A stretch of 64,000 nucleotides of DNA, taken from assembly GCA_000320545.1 (NCBI GenBank), contig ADNK01000007.1, positions 62,001 to 126,000 on the forward strand, read 5' to 3'. The translations under genes and the position numbers were made by a program. The stretch's first letter is position 1. Every line of letters starts with the position of its first letter. The DNA comes from Bigelowiella natans CCMP2755 (Eukaryota; Protista; Cercozoa). The notes below the pieces were generated by a model. The model was not told where the DNA came from. It ran no database searches and worked only from the letters and a program-made list of their open reading frames with translations. Positions 41,421-55,393 of the stretch are shown here, one piece after another.

Positions 41421-41515
41421 AGGGAACCAGTTTCATAACAAGAAGATGACAACGACGACGATGATGAAGAAGAAGAAGGATCTAATATTAAGTTGGACTT
41501 TCATCTTTAACACTT

Positions 41516-41568
<53 letters not shown>

Positions 41569-42077
41569 ATACAATGCAGGGAGCGAAGCGATTAGCAGCT
41601 GTCGGAAACGCGGTCGCATGGATTTATTCTTTTACGATGTATCTTGTTTTTGCGCAACAGAAAGATTGTTTGTAGTTCTGTACCGCCTCAGTTCGCTCTT
41701 TCGAGGAACATCTCTCGTATTTAGAGAGCATTTAGAGAGCATTTAGTCACAATTTGTGCTGAAATCCTCCCCCCCTCCCTATCCTGCCTATTATTCCTCT
41801 GTTTTTCCACTTCTTTCTGCCTTCGATCCTTCACGTAGCTACGAGGAGGTGGAGGTGGTAAGTTATCAATGAATGTATCACACTTGAGAGAGAACAATAA
41901 ACAGCAGTGCCAAGAAGGATGTCGCAGACAACGACGCCTAAAGCGACAAATAAAAGATTGATTACTGTCGTTTCAAAAACCTAGCTAGTGTGCGTGTGCG
42001 TGTGCGTGTGCATGTACATGTGTGTGTAATGTGAGTGTTTTATGTGGTTTCGCCTTTCCTGCGCCCTCCTCCTCCTC

Positions 42078-42108
<31 letters not shown>

Positions 42109-42528
42109 AATCCCCCCATCATAATCGGTGATGATGCTAGCGATCGCTATTGCTGTTGCTTCTTACCAGGGCATCAAGTAGGAAAGCTTGCAGGCCTATT
42201 CCTCCACGCCTCTTCATCCACGTCATCGAGGTCGGCTCTCAACCCCCCTCTCCACCTGATGATATAGATGATAGTAGTGATGATAATGCCAGGCGCGAAA
42301 TGCGACAGAACCAATATATAAGCCTTATACTAGCAAGTGAGGGCAGCCTGATCATTGATAATTGCATGATATCATCAGCACAAGTGATCCTACTACTACT
42401 GCTGCTACTGATCTAAGAACTGGCATGGAATATAATAAGGCCTTTTCCACGGTGTGCTAGCTTGCTTGTTTGTTTATTTTTCTCCTCCTCTCCATCTTAT
42501 TGTCAATTGATTGGTCGAATATTTTTCC

Positions 42529-42563
<35 letters not shown>

Positions 42564-43374
42564 ATATTTATATGTATATATTTTCATATATGTATGTTGT
42601 GTATGTTGTGTGTGTGTGTGTTTTGTGTGATAGTGAAAACAACATGCATTTGTATAACACACCCTCCTCACGCAACAGTTGATGTACAACATGTGGAGAT
42701 CTGGGGGCGGGGCAGAATCACTCGAGAAGTAAGCATCATAGTAATTAAAATAGATTGGAAGTAGCATTCGAGAGGATTGATGGAATCAGTAGCAATAGTA
42801 GTAGTAGTAGTAGCATTGTAGTTGCCAGACACTTGTAATCATAATGGAGATTTCCCTCCCTCCCCGAACACGCCCAATTCAAATGTACCCTCAGAGAAAT
42901 CATGGACAAAGAAGATGGAGAGTCTCACCGAGGAGTCGGTCAGATGATTCTCCTCTTAGCTATTATTCGCCTTATTCATCTCTCCCTTGGTCATCGTCTC
43001 TATTTGGATACTCTTCTACTTTCCAACCACAATTATGATGATGCAAGGACTCGAGGAACATGATGCTTTTTAAGCGCCGCCTCCTTCTCCTCCTCCTCCT
43101 CTTCCTCCTCCTCCTCCTCCTCAATACAATGTCGCAAGGAATCGATAGCATGTACCTTGATTCATAAACAACATCCCAGATAACCAGGCATGTTCATCTA
43201 GCAACACCACAGCAGCAGCAGCAGCAGCAGCAGTGGCCGATTTGTCCTCTTCTGAGGAGCGAATGGAGTCACAGCTGCGCAATTGGGTGAATCGACTGTT
43301 GAACTTAAAGGTAGTAGTGGTAGGAATACCAGCAGTAGAAGGAGGGAGAAAAGGAGTCTTATGATATCATCATT

Positions 43375-43412
<38 letters not shown>

Positions 43413-43644
43413 CTCTCTGTCGCCTATTAGGGATCTTCCCGTGTAGGCCGACTATATTCCGCTGTTAATGACGGGCTGCTGCTCCTGAGAGTGTTGGACA
43501 CGTTGTCGAAAGGTATTATCATTCCGGAGGGGGGGGGGGGGGGGAGGTTGGACAGGATGAATCAATTCGCTACTGCTCCTATTGCTTCAGTCTGCTTTCT
43601 GTGCGTGCATCCATCATGTGTATTGATGATGATAGTAGTGGGGT

Positions 43645-43682
<38 letters not shown>

Positions 43683-44071
43683 GCTTAGATTGCACACAAA
43701 TGATTATCCACTTCCTCCGACCCCCCCCCCTTTTTGCTCTTTCTTCTTCTTGTTTTTTTCACCCAATCATCATCACCGCCACCACCACCACCACTATCAT
43801 TCTTTTTGATTTATCATACTGCTCCCCCAACCGTCAGGAATAGTAGACTGGAGGAAGGTGGAGATGAATCCCACAAATCAGTTCAAAGTAGTAATACTAT
43901 TAGTAGCAGTAGCAGTAGCAGCAGTGGTAGTAGTAGTACATGCGCATCACATAGACATAAGAGCAGTAAGAAGAAGAAGAAGAAAATGAGGAATGCGTTG
44001 TCTCCCATCATGACGACAAGCTGTGACTAGTTTTACTACAATAAACAGCACAATGACACTGCTTTCCACCC

Positions 44072-44107
<36 letters not shown>

Positions 44108-45315
44108 CGATGATGATGACGATAACAACAGTGTATATCAAACAATAACTACGCCGTTGAGTTGGCGACACAGGTCAGCAGTCTCTCACATCGTCACACA
44201 CAGAACATACCCTCGATCATTAAGGATTTTGCTCTCCTCGCTTTGGTGGCAGTGTAGCGCAAACAACATTCTTTTCGAGGATTGAGTGTAGCGATCCCGC
44301 ATTGCAGATTTCCATCGTGTACGGCTTGTTTTCCCATACGTGCCCTGAGAATGTTGTTATTACTAGAATACTCTGTTTTTTAATCTTCTCCTCCTCACTT
44401 TCTCATCTCGCTCTTGACCAACAATCCCCTTTCTGTACGCTCTGTACGTGTAGCTGCAAGCAACAACTCATAAGATAACTTCTCCTTCGTTGGTGACCTA
44501 TACTAATATTACTCAATAGGTTCCTTTTCTCTTCTCCCTGGTTGGCATTGCAGGAGTGGTAGTATCATTACGTAAACCGTCTACTGTATCTGAGCAATAT
44601 ATGGCAATAACAACTTATAAATGAATGAATCTGCATCATGCTCTAGCATACAATAATATGCCCCCGCTCCCAATCCTACCAGGATCTTGTGCGCGGCAAC
44701 GAAAAACTGACACTGGCGCTCGTATGGCAGCTGATGCGTTTCCAACTCTTCAAAAACCTAGATCTTCTTCTCTCAGGCAAGAAGAATAACCACCGCAGCA
44801 GCAGCATCGGAAAATCGACAGGAGCCGGGCCATCGTCATCGTTACCATCATCATCATCATCTATAAAGCCAACACTCACTCGCCCACGCACAGGAAGTGG
44901 CAGCAAGCGATTCAACGAGAAGACGTTGCTTGAGCACGCGAACAAGGCCGTCCACCGCGCCTTCAAAGAGTGTAAAGGTGCCGCGTGGAGAGAAATCGTC
45001 GACGAGTCTTCGGAGACGCGGCTGTCCTCGTTCTCGGATGCGCATCTGGCTAATTCACACTACATGTTGGTGCTTCTTGCGTGGGTAATACACCCTGTTA
45101 GCAGCAGCATTCCATGGAAGCTGGTCACAGCAGGAAGAAGTGCAGATGAAAAGAGCGACAACGCGAAACTACTGATCTCGTTAGCGAGGAAGCACGGCGC
45201 AACCGTCTACATTATGCCTAGGGATGTAGTGGAACTCAAGACTGATATGATCGTCACCCTTATTGCAGCTATCTTAGGGCTGTCCGTTGGAAAGAAAAGG
45301 AAAAGAAATTTGTAA
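36260..45315 (+). CDS. WD40 beta-propeller + coiled coil + fimbrin/plastin-like tandem calponin-homology domains (single gene model)
   Basis: WD blades MWVASRDGSIHV, VWTGSSEG, LLGHTGWVRSM, MWCGCSDGTIVVLD, VWVGSRAG; coiled coil at about 37830-39000. CH motifs DFID|VRAL, IYQNATLL, EERMESQLRNWVN, VNDGLLLLRVLD, IVDWRKV, NNNYAVELA, FSLVGIAGV|DLVRGNEKLTLALVWQLMR, NAKLLISLARKHGATVYIMPRDVVE. Confidence 0.8.
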
Positions 45316-45991
45316 GCAATAATCTAGTACGTAATGATGGTGGCTGTGGTGACTAAATGTCTAGATATGGACGCTTGAGTGCCAATACGATTGGTTTCTT
45401 ACGAAGCAACGACAACAAGAGGCAAATGAACCTTTTGTAGCGCGGCGACATGCAATAGTGCAGCATGCATAAAAGAATAACCGTAGCTCGCGCGCAGTCT
45501 AGGCTAGCTAGAGCGCGTGACAAGACGACCACCGAGGGTTGTAGTAATGGTGATGATGATGATGATGATGATTCCATGCTAGAATGGCTACGGTTCTATC
45601 GGTCATTGAAATGAGGAAGAAAGCGAAGATAGGCCAGAATGGCAGCTGCATGCATGCGCTAGTATGCTCGCCGTGCCGATAATATGACACGAAGGGAAAA
45701 TGTTAACACTGCTCGGAGTCGTTGCAGCACAGTGGAGCGGCACACTCAAATACTCTAATTATACTCATATCACTCTAGATATATTCACAACGTGTGTCCC
45801 TTCCTAGCTAGTTATCTTCGATTCTTCTAGTTATTATGTTATGCCGAATATAAATTGGGCTTCATGCAAATTGAGATTGCTTGCATAGATTAGGCCAGCA
45901 TTCTAGCTAGCTACTAGCTAGCATTCTAGCATTGCGTGTCCCTCACCAACCGTTCTATTATTTCCAGATTTGCTGCACCATCGCCATCATG

Positions 45992-46015
45992 CATGCTAGC
46001 TAGCTAGCTAGCATG
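45992..46015. repeat. Perfect 24-bp palindrome in a convergent spacer
   Basis: CATGCTAGCTAGCTAGCTAGCATG equals its own reverse complement. Confidence 0.95.
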
Positions 46016-46160
46016 GGCATCTAGACATCTGCTATTGTATCGCTGGTGAGTGCATTTGCATGTCTAGATATCTCTAGATATCGATATAACAAATACTATT
46101 AATAAGAGCACTAGAGCAATCTTAGAGGGGACGTAAGCTTTGTTGGACGCTATTTGCTAC

Positions 46161-46848
46161 CTACATTCCACCAGATTCCGCAATCTTGCGACGGGCTGCT
46201 GCTATGTATTGCTTCGCTAGCTCGGAAACCTGCTTTTCAACTTCCTTCTCCATCATCTACAAAATAACACATACAGAAGACAGCAAATCAATACAAAAAC
46301 AACAACAACAACAACAACAACAACCCACCCCTTTCAGATAGACAGAGCCACTACCGCCACTACCACCACCACCCTGTCTAGTTAATAATAATCGATATAA
46401 TCCTCACCTTTGAGTACTTGAGCATTTTTTTAGTGAACAGCTTTTGCTTCTTGTCCATCGCAACTTCCTGAGAGCAAAGAAGGGGTTAGGAGAAGGAGAC
46501 TGGATACATACGTAGTACCACAGGGAGAGCTGTAATACATAGGTAGGTAGCAACAACCTTGCTCGATTCTAAGTTGGACTGAAGTTCCTCGCCGATCTTT
46601 CTCAGCCTCAAAGCAATTTCTTGCTTCAATTTATCAACCTACAAAGAATGATCGACGACGGGACTTGCTCTTAGCCGAATATACATGCTTAGCAGCACAT
46701 CCTGGGCTTGTTGTATGCAGGTGTTCGTTGCGTGTAATGTTGTTGTGTTGATAGTGGATTATAATAACGTACACGATCGAGGAACTCCTGCTTTGTCTCG
46801 GTGTACAAAGTTATTGTTTCGTGGAGAAGCTGCCCTTTTCTGTTTTGT

Positions 46849-46893
<45 letters not shown>

Positions 46894-46999
46894 TGCTTGT
46901 GCGCGCGTGCGTGCGTGATAACACGGAAAATGATGATGATGATGATGATGATGATGATAATGATGATGATGATGACAACTGATAGGTGAAAGCAGACTA

Positions 47000-47034
<35 letters not shown>

Positions 47035-48970
47035 ACTACAAAAACACACGCACTTCACTTCGACTACTCTCCTCCCTCCTTATCATACAGATGATGCAAA
47101 CCTGAGATCTAGCTCTCGCTTAAAGTCGCTGAGATTGTCCCGCAGTGAGTCTCGTTGCTGCGCGTAAGTCGCTTCTCTTATCCGTGTGGTGAACAAAGCT
47201 TCCACCTAAGGATAAGGATAAGGATGGATGGGTGGGTGGATGAAGAGGATGTGTGCATGTATTAGATTTTACAAAAAAAAGTCTTAAAGAACATAGAGAG
47301 AACGACGATTCCAGGACTCATGTTGCCTCTCCTTCATCACAGGGACGTATTTATACGCGTTTGCCCGGAAATGACGGTAACACATATAGGCGAAGGCAAC
47401 TCGTCACTTGTCCTCCTCCTCCTCCTCCTCCTCTTTTGAGTCATCACACTGCTACCCTACCACTCCTACGAGCACTACTAAGCAACTCACACCATCGTCA
47501 TTGATATAATCGCACCGCACCTCTTCCCTCGTTTTGTCACATCGGTACTGCAATCTAGAGAGCGCGTTCTTCATGTCCATGTCGATCTTGCCGCCGATTT
47601 GTTGGCGACAGTCCTCACACGCAACCCACCACCCTATTATTTAGGTGTAGAGGATAACATAATATCGATCACGACGGGACGGACTCCTTTTGTAAATCAT
47701 CTACCCTGCGGTGGTTGGAATCGTCCTCATTGGAGAGGGATTAACGTCATGCAGGAAATGAATAAATGGATGCTTCGGTGATGATCTACTAGGATCACTA
47801 CTACTACTACTGCTACTACTACTTACTACTAACTACCATCAGATGTGAAGTCCAACGACGCAAAACGAGCCTTCTCGTCGTCCGGTTGGTTATTCATGTT
47901 GTTGTTGTTGTTGTTGTTGTTCGGAGAGGTCCCGGGCGTTTGGCTGCCGTGACTTCCAAGAGAGGGAGAGAGCATGTTTGATATCGAGTACCCGTCGGGC
48001 TCAGGGGAGGGGAGAATAGAAGCTATGGCGGAGCTTAGGGCCGCAATGGAATCATCTGCAGGCTGCAGCTCCTGAAGTCTCTCGCGTATGCGACCTAGAC
48101 GCGCCACTTCTTCCATGTACTCCTTTTCCATGCGCTGCAGGATCCTGGGCGACTTGCGCTGGACTTTTCGTAGCCTCTGTATGATGAGTAGCACAACAAA
48201 GCAGCAGCCACGGAGAGGATGGTTGACGAGTGTGAAACAACATCATGATGTTCACACTGTGGTGAAGATAGGTTTAAGCTACTACAGCTGCACATTTTTG
48301 CTCGCCGGGTACTTCTAGCATACGCACACGTACGTACCTGAAGTGCACGTGCGTGGAGGGCGCGGACTCTTGCCATAAGATACAGCGCGTTGGTCTCCGT
48401 CTCCTTCCTGACATCAGAGGTCATTTTGTTCCCCTTTTTCCCAGTCCGATCGTCGAGCTTGAGTCGTCGTATTAGCTCTTGAATATCCTTTTCTACAGCA
48501 TCCGTACTCTCCTGAGAATAGTTAACAACATCGGCTGTTCAATTTCCATCTAGTAGCGATATGGTTTTCTAGGCACAGGTGCACGTGTTATAGTATTTTT
48601 TTCTCTCGCGCGCCTTCTTTCTTTGCATCTATGCAGAATTGAGCGTGCATGCATACCCCGTAACTTGCCCTAATCCCTATGTTGGAGGGATTATTGCGAC
48701 TTCTGCATCTGGTGAATAGCCCCCAGAAGAGGTCGTTGCAAGTCTTCGTCTGCAGTAAAGGAGGACGGTTCAGGGGCATGCATGTTGGGTTAGAGGTGAA
48801 TTGAAGATTATTCCAAGTTTCTTGTCTATTCATCCAACCTTGAGAGCTGACGATAACTTATGTATAGAGCGTGGATTTCCGTTGAGTGTGAAAAACAAGG
48901 CGAGGATGCACAACATGGAGAGGGCGAGACTCTTTTGCATTGCCCTTCTAGTCCAGCGAACCATCGCCAT
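46161..48970 (-). CDS. Unknown coiled-coil protein with a bipartite (plastid-type) leader; multi-exon
   Basis: Leader MAMVRWTRRAMQKSLALSMLCILALFFTLNG...KLSSALK|TKTCNDLFWGLFTRCRSRNNPSNIGIRA, followed by helical charged exons ending MMEKEVEKQVSELAKQYIAAARRKIAESGGM* (TAG at 46161). Confidence 0.72.
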
Positions 48971-49553
48971 AGGATGAATGCCGTTGCAGGCGACGAACCG
49001 CTTCGAACGATGGGTAATTTGTGACGAAGGTGTGCGATTGAGGTAGGGCAAGAAGGGATGGAGGAGCTCCTCGGGGTCTCTCCTTCTTCTTCTTCTTCCA
49101 GGGTTCCCGCCCTCCTTGCAAGCTTGGGCGCGTTGGATTTTCGACTTCCGTCGTTACGAGTGTTTCAACGGAATTCCTTTAGATTTATATCCTGCGACAT
49201 CAAAACATCCTTGTCGCTCTAAATTCGTGTAAAATCCAACATAGTTTTTCCCTCCATTCGGGCCCTTGTGCGGTGCTTGCCGAAAAGGCGTTTTCCAACG
49301 GGTTTCTCTTCTGGAATAAGTTTTATCGTGAAAATACCTGAAGATATGGATATTTAAAAGGAGCAGGTGAAATATTGAGCTTCCATTCATATTGCTGTGT
49401 TGCTTCACATATCATCCAAATTATGGAAATATGTAGGGAATATTTTTATCAGAATTTATCTCTGCTTGCCGAAAAAGCGTTGTGCTTGCTCCGGCCCGTG
49501 CAGCCGAGGAAGTGGCTTCGCGCTTGCACTGAGCTTTCCCGACAGCTGGGAGA

Positions 49554-52378
49554 ATGGTGGATTGTCCATCGTCCACTACCTCACGAGGGTTTGGGGCAAA
49601 GGCGCTACTGATGCTTCCCGTGCTAAGTAGTCCCTCCAGTGACGACGACGAGTTCTTTGTGCATACATGCTGATTTCTCTACTGTTTCAGGTTCCTTCCT
49701 CCTCTTCTACACAGTACTCTCACCGCCTCAGCGTATATCAGATGTTGAATCGAAAATCATCACGAGAGGGGAGCAAAGCAGGCACTTTTTTTCCCGATTC
49801 GGAAACCTCCACAGAGGTTCCAGGTAAAAACGAATGATAACGTGCTCGATAAGATCCGAAAGAGAATGAGAGCTCCTCCCTGATTGGAAGATTTCTCCTC
49901 CTTTTCCTGTCTCCTCGGGTTGGTATTTTGTTGATATTTGATTTCGTATTTTTGGTGGCTCTGTGCTATTCTCAAGGAAACCTCCTCAGGGTAGCAGCAG
50001 CATCCACAAGAGGGCTGATTCTTCTGGCAGCCATTTGACAAGCACTCCAACAGACGTGATGACCTCATGTCCTGACTCATACTACATTCCACCAGAGAAT
50101 GTGGAGGAGATCAGTAGCAGAAAAGGTGGCAAGTGAGAATGAACGGTGCAGTGAGTAAAACTGAGCACCACCCTCATTCTCTTAGGTACCGTCCCCATTA
50201 GAGGAGTCATTGGATGCGGTGGAATAATGCTTCTCTCCGAAGGTTCTATGATAACTCTTCCTACTTTATAAAAACTTTAAAAAAGCATTTGGTAAAGAGT
50301 TAACATCTGCTTGATGAATTTCCGCATAAAATCCATCGCTTACAGCACCTCCCCCTCCTCGTCCTCCAACCTCCTTTTAGTTGCAAAAACTGGTGCAGGC
50401 GGGGGTGGGGACGCGTGGGCCTACGTACATCGTGTCTGGTACAGTTTGGTTTATATTGAAATGGCGCTCCTACTATCATACCTGCCTATTTGTCTGTCCC
50501 TCGAAGAATATTGCAATGCAAGCCGCAGCACACAAATGCCACGCACCGCGAACAATTGATGAATGTGATATAAATTTAACTAACCTTTCGGGCAGCAGCA
50601 GCTGCGAAATAACAAGTTGTTAATTAAGGGAAAATGCCAATGACGAGTTCCCCGCTTACACGAAGATGTTGATGAACAAGACGGACTTCACCGAAGAATA
50701 CGCCGTCTCGGACTCACCCGGTTTGTGAAGTTAATAAATATTATCAAGTACTACACATCTAGTAAATGGGCGACGGCATTGGGTTTCACTATCACGTTGT
50801 AATAGTCATGAAATACATATACATTGTGAGGAAGGATGTGCTTGCTTATTCCTGTTCGTCAATGCATCGCTACAGCAATGGATTCCGTCCTTTGGAGACG
50901 GGCTTTTTACCCCATGCTGCGCTCGTTTGGTAATAATAGCAACAGCAAACAATGATAACGATTAAATCTCACATTCCCTTCTATTTAACTTCTACTGCAT
51001 CTTTACATACACTTATAAATGAGTTGTTTCCTCCTCCGTCCTCCTCTATCATCATTATCATCATCATCATTATGTGACGTAACCCCCATCATCATAGGCT
51101 CAGGTGTGAGTAGTCATCAGGATCTCGCGGCCTCAGTACAGCTTGGAAATGAAACGAACGTATTGGCATGTAGTTTTCGTTGAAATTGCTAATAATCTAC
51201 ATAATGCCATATCTCAACAACAACAACCACAGAGCGAACAAATGGCGTTTGCGACTTATTATTTACTTACAATCAGTCGATCCCTCACTTTCTGGCATTA
51301 TACGTGGATAAGAAAGGCCTTGTTGACGACCTTTTGGTGATATACTATCAAAATATGAATATCTTCACGCCATTAAATCTTGCTGCTGCTGCTGCTGCTG
51401 CTGCTTCTGATGATGATGATGATGATTATGTGGATTTAGCATCTTTTGTCAACGTACTTCATCCTCCTCCTCCTCCTGCTCCCCCTCCCTCCTCCCTCCT
51501 CCCTCCTTATTTTTTGTGTATTTTTATTTCCTCTCGATGCCGTGGCCTCTCTGCTTTGTTGGCTTCGAAGAAGCTTTTCCAAGTAATCACATATGATTCA
51601 CTGCTGCTATTGACTACTACTACTACTACCACTACTACTACCACCACCGCTCTTTCCTCTCAGTCTCCTGATATGTATGAGTAGCAATCGAAGAATGGTG
51701 GAAACCATCGTCAAGATTGAAGAAATAACGATATTCGTCCTGATACTTGATGATATCGTTCCGTGCGTACGCGTGTGTGTAATATGTGATGTGTGATGTA
51801 CTGCATGATATATTCCTACAATTCAGGATCTTGAAACCGAGCTGGCAAGCATAGATGACAATAATCCAGCGAAACCCTTCGGAACCCACATCGCGCTAAC
51901 CTTCAAGTAAGGGGAAGGGGGGGAGAGAGGGCTGGGGAGCTAGTATGAGAGAATAAAATGATGACATTTATAGCTTTTACTACGGTACCAAATTGAAAAA
52001 ACGATACAAGTAAGAGGGGAACTAATTGTTGGCGGAGAACCTGATTCTTTTCTGCGTCCTGTCGGCTTGAGAGAAGAGTGCATATCATGCGTGTGAAGAT
52101 CATTGTGCACTATCGCATCCTGGTTCGTTACGTTGCGATCTCTTTGTCTCTTTCTTCTTCTTCTTCTTCTTCCAAAGGGGCCAAAATGTGACAGCGAAAG
52201 TCAATGGAAAATCCTGCGCTTCGGTCCTCCCCTACGCAGCTGCATGTTTGATGAATATACTGTGGTAGATTAGACATGTATATATTGATATGTTGCTGCT
52301 GCTGTCTACTACTGTTCTTCCGCTACTAGCCTACATTAAAACTCGAGGTATCATCTATTGGGTCAATTCTCTCTTCTT

Positions 52379-52420
<42 letters not shown>

Positions 52421-53292
52421 ACAGACACACACACACATTTATGTATGTATTGGATAACATAACGTTCACACATGGTGCGCGAAATCGCTGCCGTTGTTCC
52501 TGCTGCTGCTGTTCTACTAGGTGACAAGCTCTGGAATAGGACGGCAGTTAATGTTTTCCTTCATCGGCAAGAACGCACCGTCTGTGTAAGTCGCTGCATG
52601 CATCTTTAGAACAATGAAATTGATATCGAAGAACGGCCATTCGTCACCTTCTCCTTCCTCATCCTCCCCCTCCGCCTCCTCCTCCTTATCGTATGAAGGC
52701 CATTCAAAGAAGAAGCGACGCTGTCTTTTCTCCAATGGCTGGAGGTTGTGTGATTGATAGAGAGCTGATAAATGGTGAAATATGCTGCTCTTCTGACTTC
52801 TTCGACGGAATCAAAACTATTCACATAATCGTCATTATTCTCCTCCTCCTCTCCTCCTACCACTACTACTACTACTATTGCTACTACTATGCTTGTCTGT
52901 TTGCAATGAGCAGGCAGCGAAAGAGCATGAAGTAGTCTCGACGGGTAGTTAGTAGGAGAAAAACAATGCAATTCTCGCAAACAAACAGCATCAGCAGCCT
53001 ACTACCACGCTTGGAAGCAACATCATCATTAGTCATATATAGCGAGCATGTATTAATAGAGGAGATGGTCTCAACAACCCGACGAAAACCCTCCGTTGTT
53101 CTCCGCTTAATTAGTCATCACAACCTCATCACCATCGACCAATAAAAAATGCAGATGAAAATGGCGTTCAAATCTATGGAATTGGCCAGTTCACAGGTGG
53201 CCTTTTACGTGGAACGATTAAAATGATGATGATGATGATGATGATGCTGATGCTGATGCCAATATTATGGGTGCAGATTGTTTGTAATTGTA

Positions 53293-53342
<50 letters not shown>

Positions 53343-53370
53343 ATATTAATGTGTGTGTATGTGTGTATGT

Positions 53371-53413
<43 letters not shown>

Positions 53414-55348
53414 AGAAAGAGAGGGGGGGGGGGTTACGAGAGAGAAAGTGATAAAGGCGATAATAAAAAGTCCTATTATCTATTTTGATAAGAAATTGTT
53501 AGGGAAAGGTGTTCCTTTTAACTCGATATACCTCCAAGCCGTCGTCATCATCTTCATCTTCATCACCATTATCATTGTCATCATTATCATCGTGCAGGGG
53601 ATGGGACAGGCCCCGACAACAACAACAACAACATGCCATCAGAGGAAGAATGGGAAACGTACCTATTAGCTTGTAGTAGTACTACTAGTAGTACTTGTAG
53701 CAGTATAGTAGTAATAGAAGAAGAAAGAGAAGGGAAAAAACGAAGCGCAAAAAATTCCTGTCAGAAACAACGGCAGCGATTCTCGCACAAAACGCCGATT
53801 CATATTTTATATTTTTGCGATTTTAAGACGAGTCAATCACCAACTCGATTCGCAGCTGTGGCTGCTGCCTCTGCTGCCTCTGCTGCTGCTACGACTACTG
53901 TTCTAGGCGCAAAACTAGCAGCAAGAGACTTGTCAACAATTATGCTCAATTTCAGATTTTCGGACGAGGAGAAAGCACGCCATATCGAGGTCGTTTCGAG
54001 GATTATGTTGTTTCATTTTATCCAAACCAGCAATCAGCATGATGTTGTTTCATTTATCTTGGGAAGAGGAAGAAAGGGGCTCTTTACTTTCCTTTCCTTT
54101 ATGCACCCTGTGTGTACGCGCACAGGGTGCAAAAGTGAGAAACCGCTCCGGTGATACAGAGTTGTCCCCGGTTGGGGATACTACCTCTGTGTTAAACTGA
54201 CATCATTGCATGTAAAAGCCCCCCCCCCCCCCCCCCGTCGTGCACTGTTGCTTTCTCCCTTTATTCAGCACTCTGCTTCCAAATTATTAGGGTTATTATT
54301 GACTCCGAGCATCATTATTTCATCATCTGATTCGGGCATGACGAATCCTTAATCTCCCTCACCATCAGGAGGCAAAGAACGAATATGAAAAGGCAGCGGG
54401 AAAGGGCTACTTTGGCGAGGATGTACGTGCAGTAGCAAGTCGTTGTAGCAGCAGTAGTAGTTGTAGTAGTAGCTGTGTTCCCGACCCCGATGTAAAAGAC
54501 TGAGCGATATCATGTAGCTAATGTCGTTTCGTTTGCCGTTGTTCTTTGTGAAGAGTGTTTCTCTCACTTTTGTCGGAGAACCGAGCAAATGAGAGCCTCT
54601 CATATCTCCTTTAGCATTGATAATAACCGATATACTAATGGCCTCCTCCTTCTGACCACGCAGCTTCCATACTACTACCCGCAAGCACCCGTTATGTCGA
54701 ATGTAAGTTGTTGTGACCCCCCTGCATTTCCTGCATGATAAGGACAAAGGAGGAAGGGTATTAGAGAGGGGAGGAGGAGGGAGAGAGGAAGTCATGAGAT
54801 GGTGATGATGATGATGATAAGTATGAGGATGAGGGTGATCAACTATGACGACGATAGAGTCGTGGTGGTGGTGCTGGTGGTGGTGATGGTGATGATGAAA
54901 GGGCAGAAAAATAGCATAGATTGCTTGCTACATCATCTGCAAATGGTGCGAGGGGCGAGTTGTATGCGCATCTTTTTTTCGTGCTGTTTGTTTCTGAATC
55001 AAAGATCTCCCTCTCACCCCCTCCTTTTGCTTTTGATTCTTCTTCACCGCATTTGTCGTGAACGTCGTCGTCGTCGTCGTCGCCGCATATTTCAGATGTA
55101 TTGGGTTCCTCTCCCTAGATCTCGCCAGAAGAAGCTTCGACGCCAATTTTCACGGTTATTTACCGGTGTTATAGACCATAGCAGTGGTGTAGCCTGCCGT
55201 AGCAGCCCTTTGAAAGTAGTGTGTTATCTATCGTTCGTCTCCGTATGTTTGCTGCTGTTTCTGCTACGGCTGTGACTTTGGGTTCTTCGTGGCTACCAGA
55301 CACATACACGCGCGCGCGCGCGCACACACACAAACACACAATATTCTT

Positions 55349-55393
<45 letters not shown>

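Noticed and set aside
47079-47101. Possible 23-nt nucleomorph-sized intron
   Set aside because: A downstream GTATGA donor after LRFASS joins the next exon (LLHETIT) in phase with a normal-sized intron.
52521-52745. Resemblance of SFIGKNAP...EEATLSFLQWL to bacterial PBP2 solute-binding proteins (possible HGT)
   Set aside because: One short motif only; the rest of the protein gave no support by eye.
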